From positions 1 through 31,654 of the forward strand of contig CAZEBH010000001.1 in assembly GCA_964510425.1 (NCBI GenBank): DNA of 31,654 nucleotides, written 5' to 3'. Within the stretch, counting starts at the first letter, position 1. Each line of letters begins with the position of its first letter. Shown here piece by piece: positions 1 to 7,283 of this stretch. The position numbers were made by a program, and so were the translations under genes. The stretch is from an uncultured archaeon. GTDB lineage: Archaea; Iainarchaeota; Iainarchaeia; Iainarchaeales; Iainarchaeaceae. The notes beneath the pieces were generated by a model, which worked only from the letters and a program-made list of their open reading frames with translations, had not been told where the DNA came from and made no database searches.

Positions 1-3
1 GTA

Positions 4-960
4 ATGGATGCTCATGGAGAGTACCGTTCGCTTGCCGAACCCACAACAGATAAGCGGTATGCGGATTTTTCCTCACAGTCGCGTTTCATAAGGGCAAGCG
101 AAGTGCATATCGGCGTTCCAAAACTCTCAGCAGGTTTGATTGCAAGCATTCTTCCGGGAATTTCATCCCCGCAGAAGCGGGATTTGGGCAGGGTTTTGGA
201 AAAGCTGCGCCGCGAGATGAAAGATGGCATGGGTCCGTTTGATTTTGCCTCAGTGCGGGAGGAAATAAATCGCGACAGCGAAATAAAGAGCTCTACAAAG
301 GATTCTCTCATCGGATGGATTTTATCGCTTGAGCAGATTGGTCTCTTTGGCAAGACAGATAACCCAAGCATCAACGACCTTGTCCGGCCGGGGCAGCTTA
401 CAATTGTTGATTTGAGTGATGTAGTTGATATGCGAAAAAAACAGATTATTGTCGCGTATTTTGCAAAAAAACTTTTTGACGAGCGCAGGCAGAAGCGCAT
501 TCCGCCATTTACCATGGTAATTGAGGAGGCTCACCAGTTCGCGCGCGAGAAGGCTTCGCAGGAAAATGCGATTTCAAAATGGATTATAGAAACCATTGCG
601 CGCGAGGGCAGAAAGTTTGGTGCGGGTATTTGCCTGGTTTCCCAGCGTCCCGTGAACCTTTCCACAACCGCGCTGAGCCAGTGCAACACGCACATTATCC
701 TGCGCGTGACAAATCCCTATGATTTGAAGCACATCGGAGAAACAAGCGAAGGTCTTGACAATCGCAGCATTGACATGATAACTTCGCTGCGAACAGGCGA
801 AGCGCTAATTGTCGGAGAAGCGGTGAACTACCCGTGTTTTTTTAAGGTTCGAAAGAGGCTCTCGCAGGAATCGCGGCACGAATCAACGCTTGAAAGGGCG
901 GCGCTTGATTTCGAGGAGGCAAAAGATGCGTCTTCAAAGGACATTTCAGATTTGCTCTAA
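4..960 (+). CDS. herA: HerA/FtsK-family ATPase (DNA double-strand-break repair helicase HerA-like), 5'-partial
   Basis: DAHGEY (DxHGEY), Walker B VIEEAHQF, REGRKFG and VSQRP motifs, followed by LSQCNT. The frame is open to the window edge and Walker A is not in the window. Confidence 0.85.
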   Translation: MDAHGEYRSLAEPTTDKRYADFSSQSRFIRASEVHIGVPKLSAGLIASILPGISSPQKRDLGRVLEKLRREMKDGMGPFDFASVREEINRDSEIKSSTKDSLIGWILSLEQIGLFGKTDNPSINDLVRPGQLTIVDLSDVVDMRKKQIIVAYFAKKLFDERRQKRIPPFTMVIEEAHQFAREKASQENAISKWIIETIAREGRKFGAGICLVSQRPVNLSTTALSQCNTHIILRVTNPYDLKHIGETSEGLDNRSIDMITSLRTGEALIVGEAVNYPCFFKVRKRLSQESRHESTLERAALDFEEAKDASSKDISDLL

Positions 961-974
961 ACACATTTAAAGCC

Positions 975-1001
975 TTTATAACAAAAATCAATGGTTATAA
1001 A
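975..1001 (+). promoter_or_regulatory. TATA box of dedA inside a perfect 8-bp inverted repeat (TTTATAAC-N11-GTTATAAA)
   Basis: TTTATAA at 975-981 is centred ~23 nt before the ATG at 1001. The second arm (994-1001) overlaps the start codon. Confidence 0.5.
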
Positions 1002-1618
1002 TGTTTGATTTGCTTGGCAGCATTGAGAGTCTTCTTACGAATTTTGGCTATTTTGCGCTTTTTGCAATTGTCTTTGCCGAGTCAGGACTTTTTTTCGGTT
1101 TTTTCCTCCCGGGGGATTCGCTTCTTTTTACAGCAGGGCTTCTTGCCTCAAACGGAATTCTTGATATCCGAATTATGATTATTGGGGTTGTGATTTCTGC
1201 AATTCTTGGCGATCAGGTTGGTTACTGGACCGGCAAAAAATTTGGCAGGGGACTTTTCAATAAGCCGGGTTCTTTCTTTTTTGATCCGGCGCATGTTGAT
1301 GAGGCGCAGGCTTTCTATGAAAAGCACGGAAAGAAGGCAATTGTAATTGCAAGATTCATTCCGGTGATTAGAACATTTGCCCCAATTGTAGCCGGGATTG
1401 CCGGCATGGAATACCGGGCATTTGTGATTTATAATATTGCGGGCGGTGTTCTTTGGGGTTCGACCCTATTGCTTGCCGGGTATTTTCTTGGACAAATTTT
1501 CCCGGATGCAGACCAGTACATCACCGGAATTGTCCTTGTGATTATTGTGGTTTCAACAATACCAATTGTTTTGGAATTTCTAAAGCGGCTCAAGAAGAAC
1601 AGGCAGATGAATTCATAA
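1001..1618 (+). CDS. dedA: DedA/VTT family membrane protein
   Basis: VFAESGL..GFFLPGDSLLF, GDQVGY and ARFIPVIRTFAP motifs plus hydrophobic helices. Confidence 0.93.
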   Translation: MFDLLGSIESLLTNFGYFALFAIVFAESGLFFGFFLPGDSLLFTAGLLASNGILDIRIMIIGVVISAILGDQVGYWTGKKFGRGLFNKPGSFFFDPAHVDEAQAFYEKHGKKAIVIARFIPVIRTFAPIVAGIAGMEYRAFVIYNIAGGVLWGSTLLLAGYFLGQIFPDADQYITGIVLVIIVVSTIPIVLEFLKRLKKNRQMNS

Positions 1619-1624
1619 TTTTCA

Positions 1625-1757
1625 TGCTGTGTTGCATGATTACGAAAACCAGACAAATTGACATTCAATGGCTTTGTCTTATGGCTTCAATTATGGCTTG
1701 ACCAATTATGGGCAAAGACAAAAAAGACATTTTTTTTGGGAATTGTGCAACAGGGCA
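1625..1757. mobile_element. MITE-like non-autonomous element, copy 1 (133 bp) with 9-bp target-site duplication TAATTTTCA
   Basis: Ends TGCTGTGTTGCATGATTACGAAAA and (reverse complement) TGCCCTGTTGCACAATTCCCAAAA. Flanked by TAATTTTCA at 1616-1624 and 1758-1766. Homologous to 6884-7020. No coding frame is conserved between the copies. Confidence 0.85.
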
Positions 1758-1963
1758 TAATTTTCAAATAAATCTTTTTGTGAAGCTGGTCCAACTTTGT
1801 GTTGGCAACATTTTGACAACCGGAGAAATAGGCTGATATTTCATTTGCCAAAGTGTTGGGCGCCCCATCCCGGCCGAAGGTTCCCGTGGTATGGGCATGC
1901 GGGCTTGGCACCGGCACCGAACTCCCTCCAAATCCTTTTTAAAGTCCGATTCGAACCTCTTGC

Positions 1964-3466
1964 ATGCTTCCAAGTACGCCGGTATTTCTCGGCACCCTCA
2001 CCTATGTTCCACAAAAGCGGCAGATAGTAGCGGAGTTCTCAAACCGCACAGAGAAATATTCAAAGCGATATTCATTTTTCCCAAAGATGTTTTTTCCTCT
2101 CCGTGGCATTTCACAAGAATCCTTCAGGAACGCACTTTGCGAATGCGACATGCGGCGCATAAAGATTGATTTCTCTACAAATACTGCCATCATTTTCGCG
2201 GCAACTTTTTCGGATTTGAAAAAAGTAAATAATCTTTTGGCAAAATTATTCGGTTTCCACTCAAATCTAATCGAACCTGAGCGGCAGTTCCTTTTGGGGA
2301 AGGGCTGGAGTTATTTCGAGCCTTTCTCATTTAAGGGCGGCGAACCCGCAAGGCTCGGATCGTTTGATTTTCCGGACATTATCCCGGAATATCTCTGCGG
2401 CTCTCTTGCCCAAAATGTTGCGGAGCTTCTTTTTTCTAACAGGCCGCTTGCAGAATCAATGGTTGCAAGGCTTGCAAGTTCACGCGTGCTTAGGGTGCCA
2501 TTGGTTGGCAGCGAACTTGAAATTTCCCCGGAAGAAATTTTTCTTGAGAATGTTTTCTTTGCAAGCGAAATGCCCCTGTCTTCCGGTCATAAAGCCCCGG
2601 GTCAAAAGCATGCCTTCTCGGGGCAGAGTGCAGAACTTGATTTTTCGCGGCTGGTTGCAATTGTTGCCGCACGCCCTTTCAACAACATAGGCTTCGAATC
2701 CATTGGCTGTGATTGCTGCAGGCCACTTTCGTTTTCAGAGAGAAATGTTCTGCCATCTTCGCTTGTAAAAGTGCAATTTTTTAAGGAAGGGTTTTACTTC
2801 AATTCAGTATCATCTGCCTGGACGGAGCATTACCACAATTCGCATGATTTTTCAAAAAGCCGCGAGCGCAGAAAACACGAGTATTTTTACCAATCATATC
2901 CCGTAGGCCCATTTGCGCGCGCAGAAGAGGGGGATGTTCTTCTTGCAGATGCGCTTGTGCTGCAGCAATCAGGGGACGTGGAGATTTTACAGGGTTCTGT
3001 TGCCGCTTGGTGCTGCTCAAAGCATGAGAGCCGCCTCTCACAAGAAATTAACATTCTAAAGGAATCGCTTTCAAATCTTTTGCTAACTCTTGAGTCGGAG
3101 CAGGTTTCACTTGTGGCTTCAAAAGGCCTCTTCTTCGCGCAGTCGCTTGATTCGAACCTGCAGGTTTTCTATTCAAGGGCGCTTTTGGAGGTCATGTCTT
3201 CAATACTTAGCGAAATTCCATCGGCACTAACCAATCCAAAAGCCCGGTTCTTTGACCCGCAAGTTGCAACCGCTTTGGAGTGCCTGAAAGGGAACATACA
3301 CAAAGAACTCGATTCCCTTGCATCTTCTTCCGGTTTCCAGCCAAGAGCCATTGGCAATTCCTCAAGTATTCTTGTCGACCACTGCGCAGTTCTCGGGGTT
3401 TTGAGGCATTTTTCGGAGCTCTACAATATCGGGAAGCCCTTTATCCGTGTAAAATCTGGCTTTTAG
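1964..3466 (+). CDS. Family-B DNA polymerase homologue, predicted catalytically inactive and truncated
   Basis: N-terminal YSFFPKMFF and EPERQFLLGKGW resemble the PolB N-terminal domain. LDFSRLVA...NNIGFESIGCDCC aligns to DFxSLYP...NISPET-CxCC. GFQPRAIGNSSSILV sits in place of GxxVxYGDTDSxFV. The protein ends shortly after the palm. Confidence 0.65.
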   Translation: MLPSTPVFLGTLTYVPQKRQIVAEFSNRTEKYSKRYSFFPKMFFPLRGISQESFRNALCECDMRRIKIDFSTNTAIIFAATFSDLKKVNNLLAKLFGFHSNLIEPERQFLLGKGWSYFEPFSFKGGEPARLGSFDFPDIIPEYLCGSLAQNVAELLFSNRPLAESMVARLASSRVLRVPLVGSELEISPEEIFLENVFFASEMPLSSGHKAPGQKHAFSGQSAELDFSRLVAIVAARPFNNIGFESIGCDCCRPLSFSERNVLPSSLVKVQFFKEGFYFNSVSSAWTEHYHNSHDFSKSRERRKHEYFYQSYPVGPFARAEEGDVLLADALVLQQSGDVEILQGSVAAWCCSKHESRLSQEINILKESLSNLLLTLESEQVSLVASKGLFFAQSLDSNLQVFYSRALLEVMSSILSEIPSALTNPKARFFDPQVATALECLKGNIHKELDSLASSSGFQPRAIGNSSSILVDHCAVLGVLRHFSELYNIGKPFIRVKSGF

Positions 3467-3659
3467 CGGTGTGCAGTTTGTCCTAAAATGCCAACTGCCC
3501 AACAGGCACCTGCCAATCGGAAGGCGCATATTTTGGATATTGGATGTGGCAGTCCGGTTGGCCAGATTTGGCTCCGGGCTTCGCAACTCCCCCCTGCGCT
3601 TTTTAAGGCTTTCTCTGGAAAGAATAATACTGAATCAGGCTTTTTTTAAAGTGTTTAAG

Positions 3660-3866
3660 ATGTCTAAACTTACGCGTTTTGAGGTAACCCGGCTCATAAG
3701 TGCAAGGGCTTTGCAGCTCTCACTGGGTGCTCCTGTTCTTGCAAAGGTTCCTAAAACCGCGAGTTTTATTGAGATGGCAAGAATTGAGCTTGAGAACAAG
3801 TCAATCCCCCTTGCGGTTTTGCGCGAGTTTCCTGACGGTCATGTTGAAAGATTAGAGGTGGCTTAA
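3660..3866 (+). CDS. rpo6: DNA-directed RNA polymerase subunit Rpo6 (K/omega)
   Basis: LTRFEVTRLISARALQLSLGAP motif. Start moved to the ATG at 3660; the ORF track's upstream extension is not homologous. Confidence 0.95.
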   Translation: MSKLTRFEVTRLISARALQLSLGAPVLAKVPKTASFIEMARIELENKSIPLAVLREFPDGHVERLEVA

Positions 3867-4061
3867 ATGGGCAAGGCTGTTCCGCAGAAAGTTAAAAGCA
3901 CGGCAAATGTTTTATTGCAAACTTACCCTGGCCAGTTGACCGGCGATTTCGGGCAGAATAAAAAATTCGTTGACACATTTGAAATGCCACTTAGCATCAC
4001 ACAGCGAAACCTTGTTGCGGGCTTTATCACACGAAAAGTCGCAAAGACAAAGAAGAACTAA
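3867..4061 (+). CDS. rps17e: 30S ribosomal protein S17e
   Basis: MGKA...DFGQNKKFV...QRNLVAGFITR pattern, 64 aa, abutting rpo6. Confidence 0.93.
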   Translation: MGKAVPQKVKSTANVLLQTYPGQLTGDFGQNKKFVDTFEMPLSITQRNLVAGFITRKVAKTKKN

Positions 4062-4088
4062 TTTTTCCAATAATTTTCCGCCTGTTTT

Positions 4089-6140
4089 TTAGCCGCCTTC
4101 CACTCTGGTTACTCCGTCCTTTTCCTTTTCCCGTTCAAGCGTGTAGAGTTTTCCCGATGCCGCATATTCCATTTCCTTGTCATGGGTTATTATGAAAACC
4201 TGCCCGATGATTTGGGGCAGGTGCGTTCGCATTGTTTCGCTCAGTTCCTTTACCGAATTTGCATCAAGGTTGTGTGTGGGCTCATCAAGTATAATCCATC
4301 CAAGGTTTTGCGTGAGCACGAGCGAAACCGCGATTCTCATTGTGAGTGCAACCGAACTGCGTTCGCCCCCCGAGAGTATGCCTTCGACGCGCGCCCACTC
4401 CCCATTCAGTTGCCTTGCCATTATTTCATAGCTGCCTTCCTCGACCATTATTTTTGCGGTGGTGTAATCGCCATACGGATAAATTTTTTGCCATATCTCG
4501 TCCATTGCTGAATTGATTGTCTCTATCATGGCGTAGCGCAGCTCCCCCTGCGTTGATTTCAGTGCAGATGTGAATATCGCGAGTTTTTGCGCCGCCTTTT
4601 CAAGTTCTGAGCACTCTTTTTCCCATTTTTCAATCTGCTCCTGCGTTTCCATGATTCTTCTGAGTGCATCCGCAAGCTCTTTTTGCAGCTCTTTTGCGGA
4701 ATTTATCTCCGCCCTGTTTTTTGCAGCCCGTTCGCGCAGGGAGTAGAACTGCTCCCTTTCCTTTGCAAGGGCCAAATCATCGAATTTTTCTTTCGAGAGC
4801 TGCTCGGCTATTTTAGCCAGTTCCTTTTCAATTGCCGCTTTTGACTTTTCCTTTTCCGCAATTTCAGAGCTTATTTCACCAAGGCGCTTTGCGCTTTCCG
4901 CGTCGCGCTGCGCAAGCTCCTTTTGCTTTTCAGTTTCGCGCAGGTTTTTTTCGCAACCTTCAGATTCCTCAAGCGCTTTTTCAAGCAGTTTTTCGGTTGT
5001 GGTTATTTCCTTTTGAATTTTTTCCTTCTCTTCCCCCAACTCTTTTTCAAGTTTTTCCCTGTCATGGCCTGCCATTGGCTTTCTGCACACGGGGCACCCT
5101 GCGCCAATCGATTTTGCATTCGCCATCCCAATCGATTTTGCATCAAGGCTGTTTTTTTGCGCGGCGCGTTTTTCCTTAAGTTCTGTCACTGTTTTGGCGG
5201 CACCTGAAATTTCCTTTTCCGCCGACTTTTTTTCAGCGCTGATTTTTGCGAGTTTTTCCGCCGCCTTTTCAAGCATTGATTTTATTTCTCCGGCTTGCGC
5301 GCCGCCAAGTTTTTGGCGCATCCGGTTTATCTCGGCTTTGAAAGATTCCAGTTTTGATTTTGCCCCGAGTTCTGTTTCAAAGAGAATCTTGTGCCCTTTT
5401 TCTTTTTGCTCAAGCTGCTTTACAATCGCCTGCTTTTCCGCGCATTCTTTTTCCGCTTTTTCGAGGGCGGCGGATTTCTCGTGCATCTCATTTTCCTTTT
5501 CCGCAATCCGTTTTGCCATTTTTTCAATTTCTCGCGGGTCGTTTTTACTTCTCTGCTCCGCAATGAAGAGTTTTTTGTCCTCCGCGGTTTTTTTAATCCT
5601 GTTTGAAAGTGTTGTTGCATTGTTGCGCACGAGTTCATATTTGTCAAGGCCCAAAAGCTCGTCGAATTTTTCCTTGCGCTGTGCGGGCGAGAGCCTGAGG
5701 AAATAATCCATCTGGTTTTGTTCGGAGTAGATGGCCCGGCTGAAGAGGTCATATGAAACCTCGAGAATTTCGGTTATTTTTTTTGTGACATCGGTTTGTT
5801 TGGGGCCGGCAATTGTTTTCCCGTTTTCCTTTAGCGAGCCTTCATTTATGCCGTTTCTTTTTACGGTTCTTTCAACGGAGTAGCTTTTTTCATTGTAGTC
5901 AAATTCCAGCCTCACAATGCTTTTGTCCTGTTTTATTGGCTTTGACATGATTGTTTCTTCGAGCGAAACCTTGTGGCTGGCCTGTGATGGGAAAGTTCCG
6001 TAGAGTGCAAAGGAGATGGCATCCATTACAGCACTCTTCCCTGAGCCCATTCTGCCCACTATTACATTGGTGCCCATTGAAAACTCGAATTTTGTATCGA
6101 GATGGGTTTTCCAGTTCTGCAGTGAAATGGACTTTATCAT
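4089..6140 (-). CDS. rad50: Rad50/SbcC-type SMC-family ATPase
   Basis: Walker A GRMGSGKS, Q-loop SEQNQ, coiled coil with central CPVC zinc hook, signature LSGGE, Walker B ILDEPT, H-loop ITHD. Confidence 0.9.
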   Translation of the reverse strand: MIKSISLQNWKTHLDTKFEFSMGTNVIVGRMGSGKSAVMDAISFALYGTFPSQASHKVSLEETIMSKPIKQDKSIVRLEFDYNEKSYSVERTVKRNGINEGSLKENGKTIAGPKQTDVTKKITEILEVSYDLFSRAIYSEQNQMDYFLRLSPAQRKEKFDELLGLDKYELVRNNATTLSNRIKKTAEDKKLFIAEQRSKNDPREIEKMAKRIAEKENEMHEKSAALEKAEKECAEKQAIVKQLEQKEKGHKILFETELGAKSKLESFKAEINRMRQKLGGAQAGEIKSMLEKAAEKLAKISAEKKSAEKEISGAAKTVTELKEKRAAQKNSLDAKSIGMANAKSIGAGCPVCRKPMAGHDREKLEKELGEEKEKIQKEITTTEKLLEKALEESEGCEKNLRETEKQKELAQRDAESAKRLGEISSEIAEKEKSKAAIEKELAKIAEQLSKEKFDDLALAKEREQFYSLRERAAKNRAEINSAKELQKELADALRRIMETQEQIEKWEKECSELEKAAQKLAIFTSALKSTQGELRYAMIETINSAMDEIWQKIYPYGDYTTAKIMVEEGSYEIMARQLNGEWARVEGILSGGERSSVALTMRIAVSLVLTQNLGWIILDEPTHNLDANSVKELSETMRTHLPQIIGQVFIITHDKEMEYAASGKLYTLEREKEKDGVTRVEGG

Positions 6141-6369
6141 GATATATCCAAAGTTGCCTGAAAGGGTTAAAACTTCATTCCCACGGGTCGCAGGTAATAA
6201 TAACCGCCCTTATTTATCTCGGAATTTTCATCAACAACTGGCGATGCAAGGTTATGATGGGGGGTAAATGTTTTGTGCCAAAGACAAGTGTATTTTTCCT
6301 TTGGGCAAATATGTGTTTTTGGTGCCGTGGCAATAAGAGAATTGGCATGGAGCTGATTTTGGTTGCATA

Positions 6370-6633
6370 TTAGAGAAGTGTCATTCCTTCTATTTCTGCA
6401 TCCTCAACTTCTTTTAGGGTTCCAATTTCCTCAAGGACCCTGTCCAATGCCTTTTCGTCCTTTGAATCAACAAGTATTCCGGCTTTTATGACTTCCACGC
6501 CAAAGCCAATAGGTTCGCGGCGTACATCCTTTACTGCGCCAGATTTTATGCCTTTAACGGCATTTACAGTTTCATCCAGTTTTTCCATGTTTTTGGCGTT
6601 TATTCGCACTATCAATAGAGTCTTATCTGGCAT
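6370..6633 (-). CDS. ef1b: Translation elongation factor aEF-1beta
   Basis: REPIGFGVEVIK motif, 87 aa, acidic C-terminus, typical Zn-ribbon gene neighbour. Confidence 0.92.
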   Translation of the reverse strand: MPDKTLLIVRINAKNMEKLDETVNAVKGIKSGAVKDVRREPIGFGVEVIKAGILVDSKDEKALDRVLEEIGTLKEVEDAEIEGMTLL

Positions 6634-6655
6634 GGAATCGACCTTGGATTAGGTT

Positions 6656-6808
6656 TTATGGCCCTGTGAAGTTGCATAAAGGGCACTTGTATGTGAGGCT
6701 CTGGTTTCGTGCGTGCAGGCTTCTTGAAATGCGTTCATTGCATCCCGGGCAGTGGAACTCCACGAAATCGTTCGTGAGCACCTTGTTTGTTGTAATGCAT
6801 GTTTTCAT
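6656..6808 (-). CDS. Small Zn-ribbon protein (HVO_2753/DUF1610 family), 50 aa, absent from the ORF track
   Basis: Hand translation MKTCITTNKVLTNDFVEFHCPGCNERISRSLHARNQSLTYKCPLCNFTGP. F.CP.C and Y.CP.C.F.GP motifs, conserved position upstream of ef1b. Confidence 0.88.
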   Translation of the reverse strand: MKTCITTNKVLTNDFVEFHCPGCNERISRSLHARNQSLTYKCPLCNFTGP

Positions 6809-6883
6809 GGTTTTCACTGTTTGTGGATTAGTATTCTTCCCCCAGCAACCTTTAAAAAGGTTGATTTGTGAATTGACGTGGGC

Positions 6884-7020
6884 GGCTGTGTTGCATGATT
6901 ATGAAAACCAGGTAAATCGGCCTTCAATGGCTTGCCTTTAGGGTGGTCCTCTAAAGGGCTTTGGCCAATTTAGGCAGCCAGACAAAAAAGACAAATTTTT
7001 GGGAATTGTGCAACAAGGCA
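6884..7020. mobile_element. MITE-like non-autonomous element, copy 2 (137 bp) with 9-bp target-site duplication GACGTGGGC/GACGCGGGC
   Basis: Shares 26/27 nt at the left end, AGACAAAAAAGACA and TTTTTGGGAATTGTGCAACA with copy 1. Flanked by an 8/9-identical direct repeat at 6875-6883 and 7021-7029. Confidence 0.85.
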
Positions 7021-7181
7021 GACGCGGGCAGTGAACTGTCAAAAGACCTAATTAAGAATACTTCAAAATCCTCCAGATATGGAGTTTGGAAGAAATTCGG
7101 CTTTTGCCCAGCCAATCTTTCGTTTGCGCAGAGAAAACTAATATTAAATAACGAACTTGACCCCAATAGCTTCTATTCTAA

Positions 7182-7252
7182 GGGCCCGTCGCTAACGGAT
7201 AAGCACCCCGCCTTCGAAGCGGGACATGAGGGTTCGAGTCCCTCCGGGCCCG
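7182..7252 (+). tRNA. tRNA-Arg (anticodon UCG), intronless, CCA not encoded
   Basis: Acceptor GGGCCCG/CGGGCCC plus discriminator G, D-loop GGA, anticodon stem CCCGC/GCGGG with loop CTTCGAA, T-arm GAGGG-TTCGAGT-CCCTC. AT-rich TATA-like ATTAAATA at ~7143-7150. Confidence 0.93.
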
Positions 7253-7283
7253 CTGAACCCCTTTCTTTCCTTTACCAAGAAAG

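Noticed and set aside
1625-1757. The 135-bp repeat as an integron attC site, or as a small conserved ORF
   Set aside because: The order is GTT...AAC, opposite to attC (RYYYAAC...GTTRRRY), and there is no integrase. Indels and stops break every shared reading frame between the two copies.
3471-3659. 63-residue N-terminal extension of Rpo6 given by the ORF track
   Set aside because: It is not homologous to Rpo6, and the ATG at 3660 gives the normal length.
4177-5752. Numerous antisense or alternate-frame ORFs over rad50 (and over cca, elp3, ABCE1 and others)
   Set aside because: They are shadow ORFs of well-supported genes, with low-complexity F/S-rich translations typical of the reverse of K/E-rich coiled coils.
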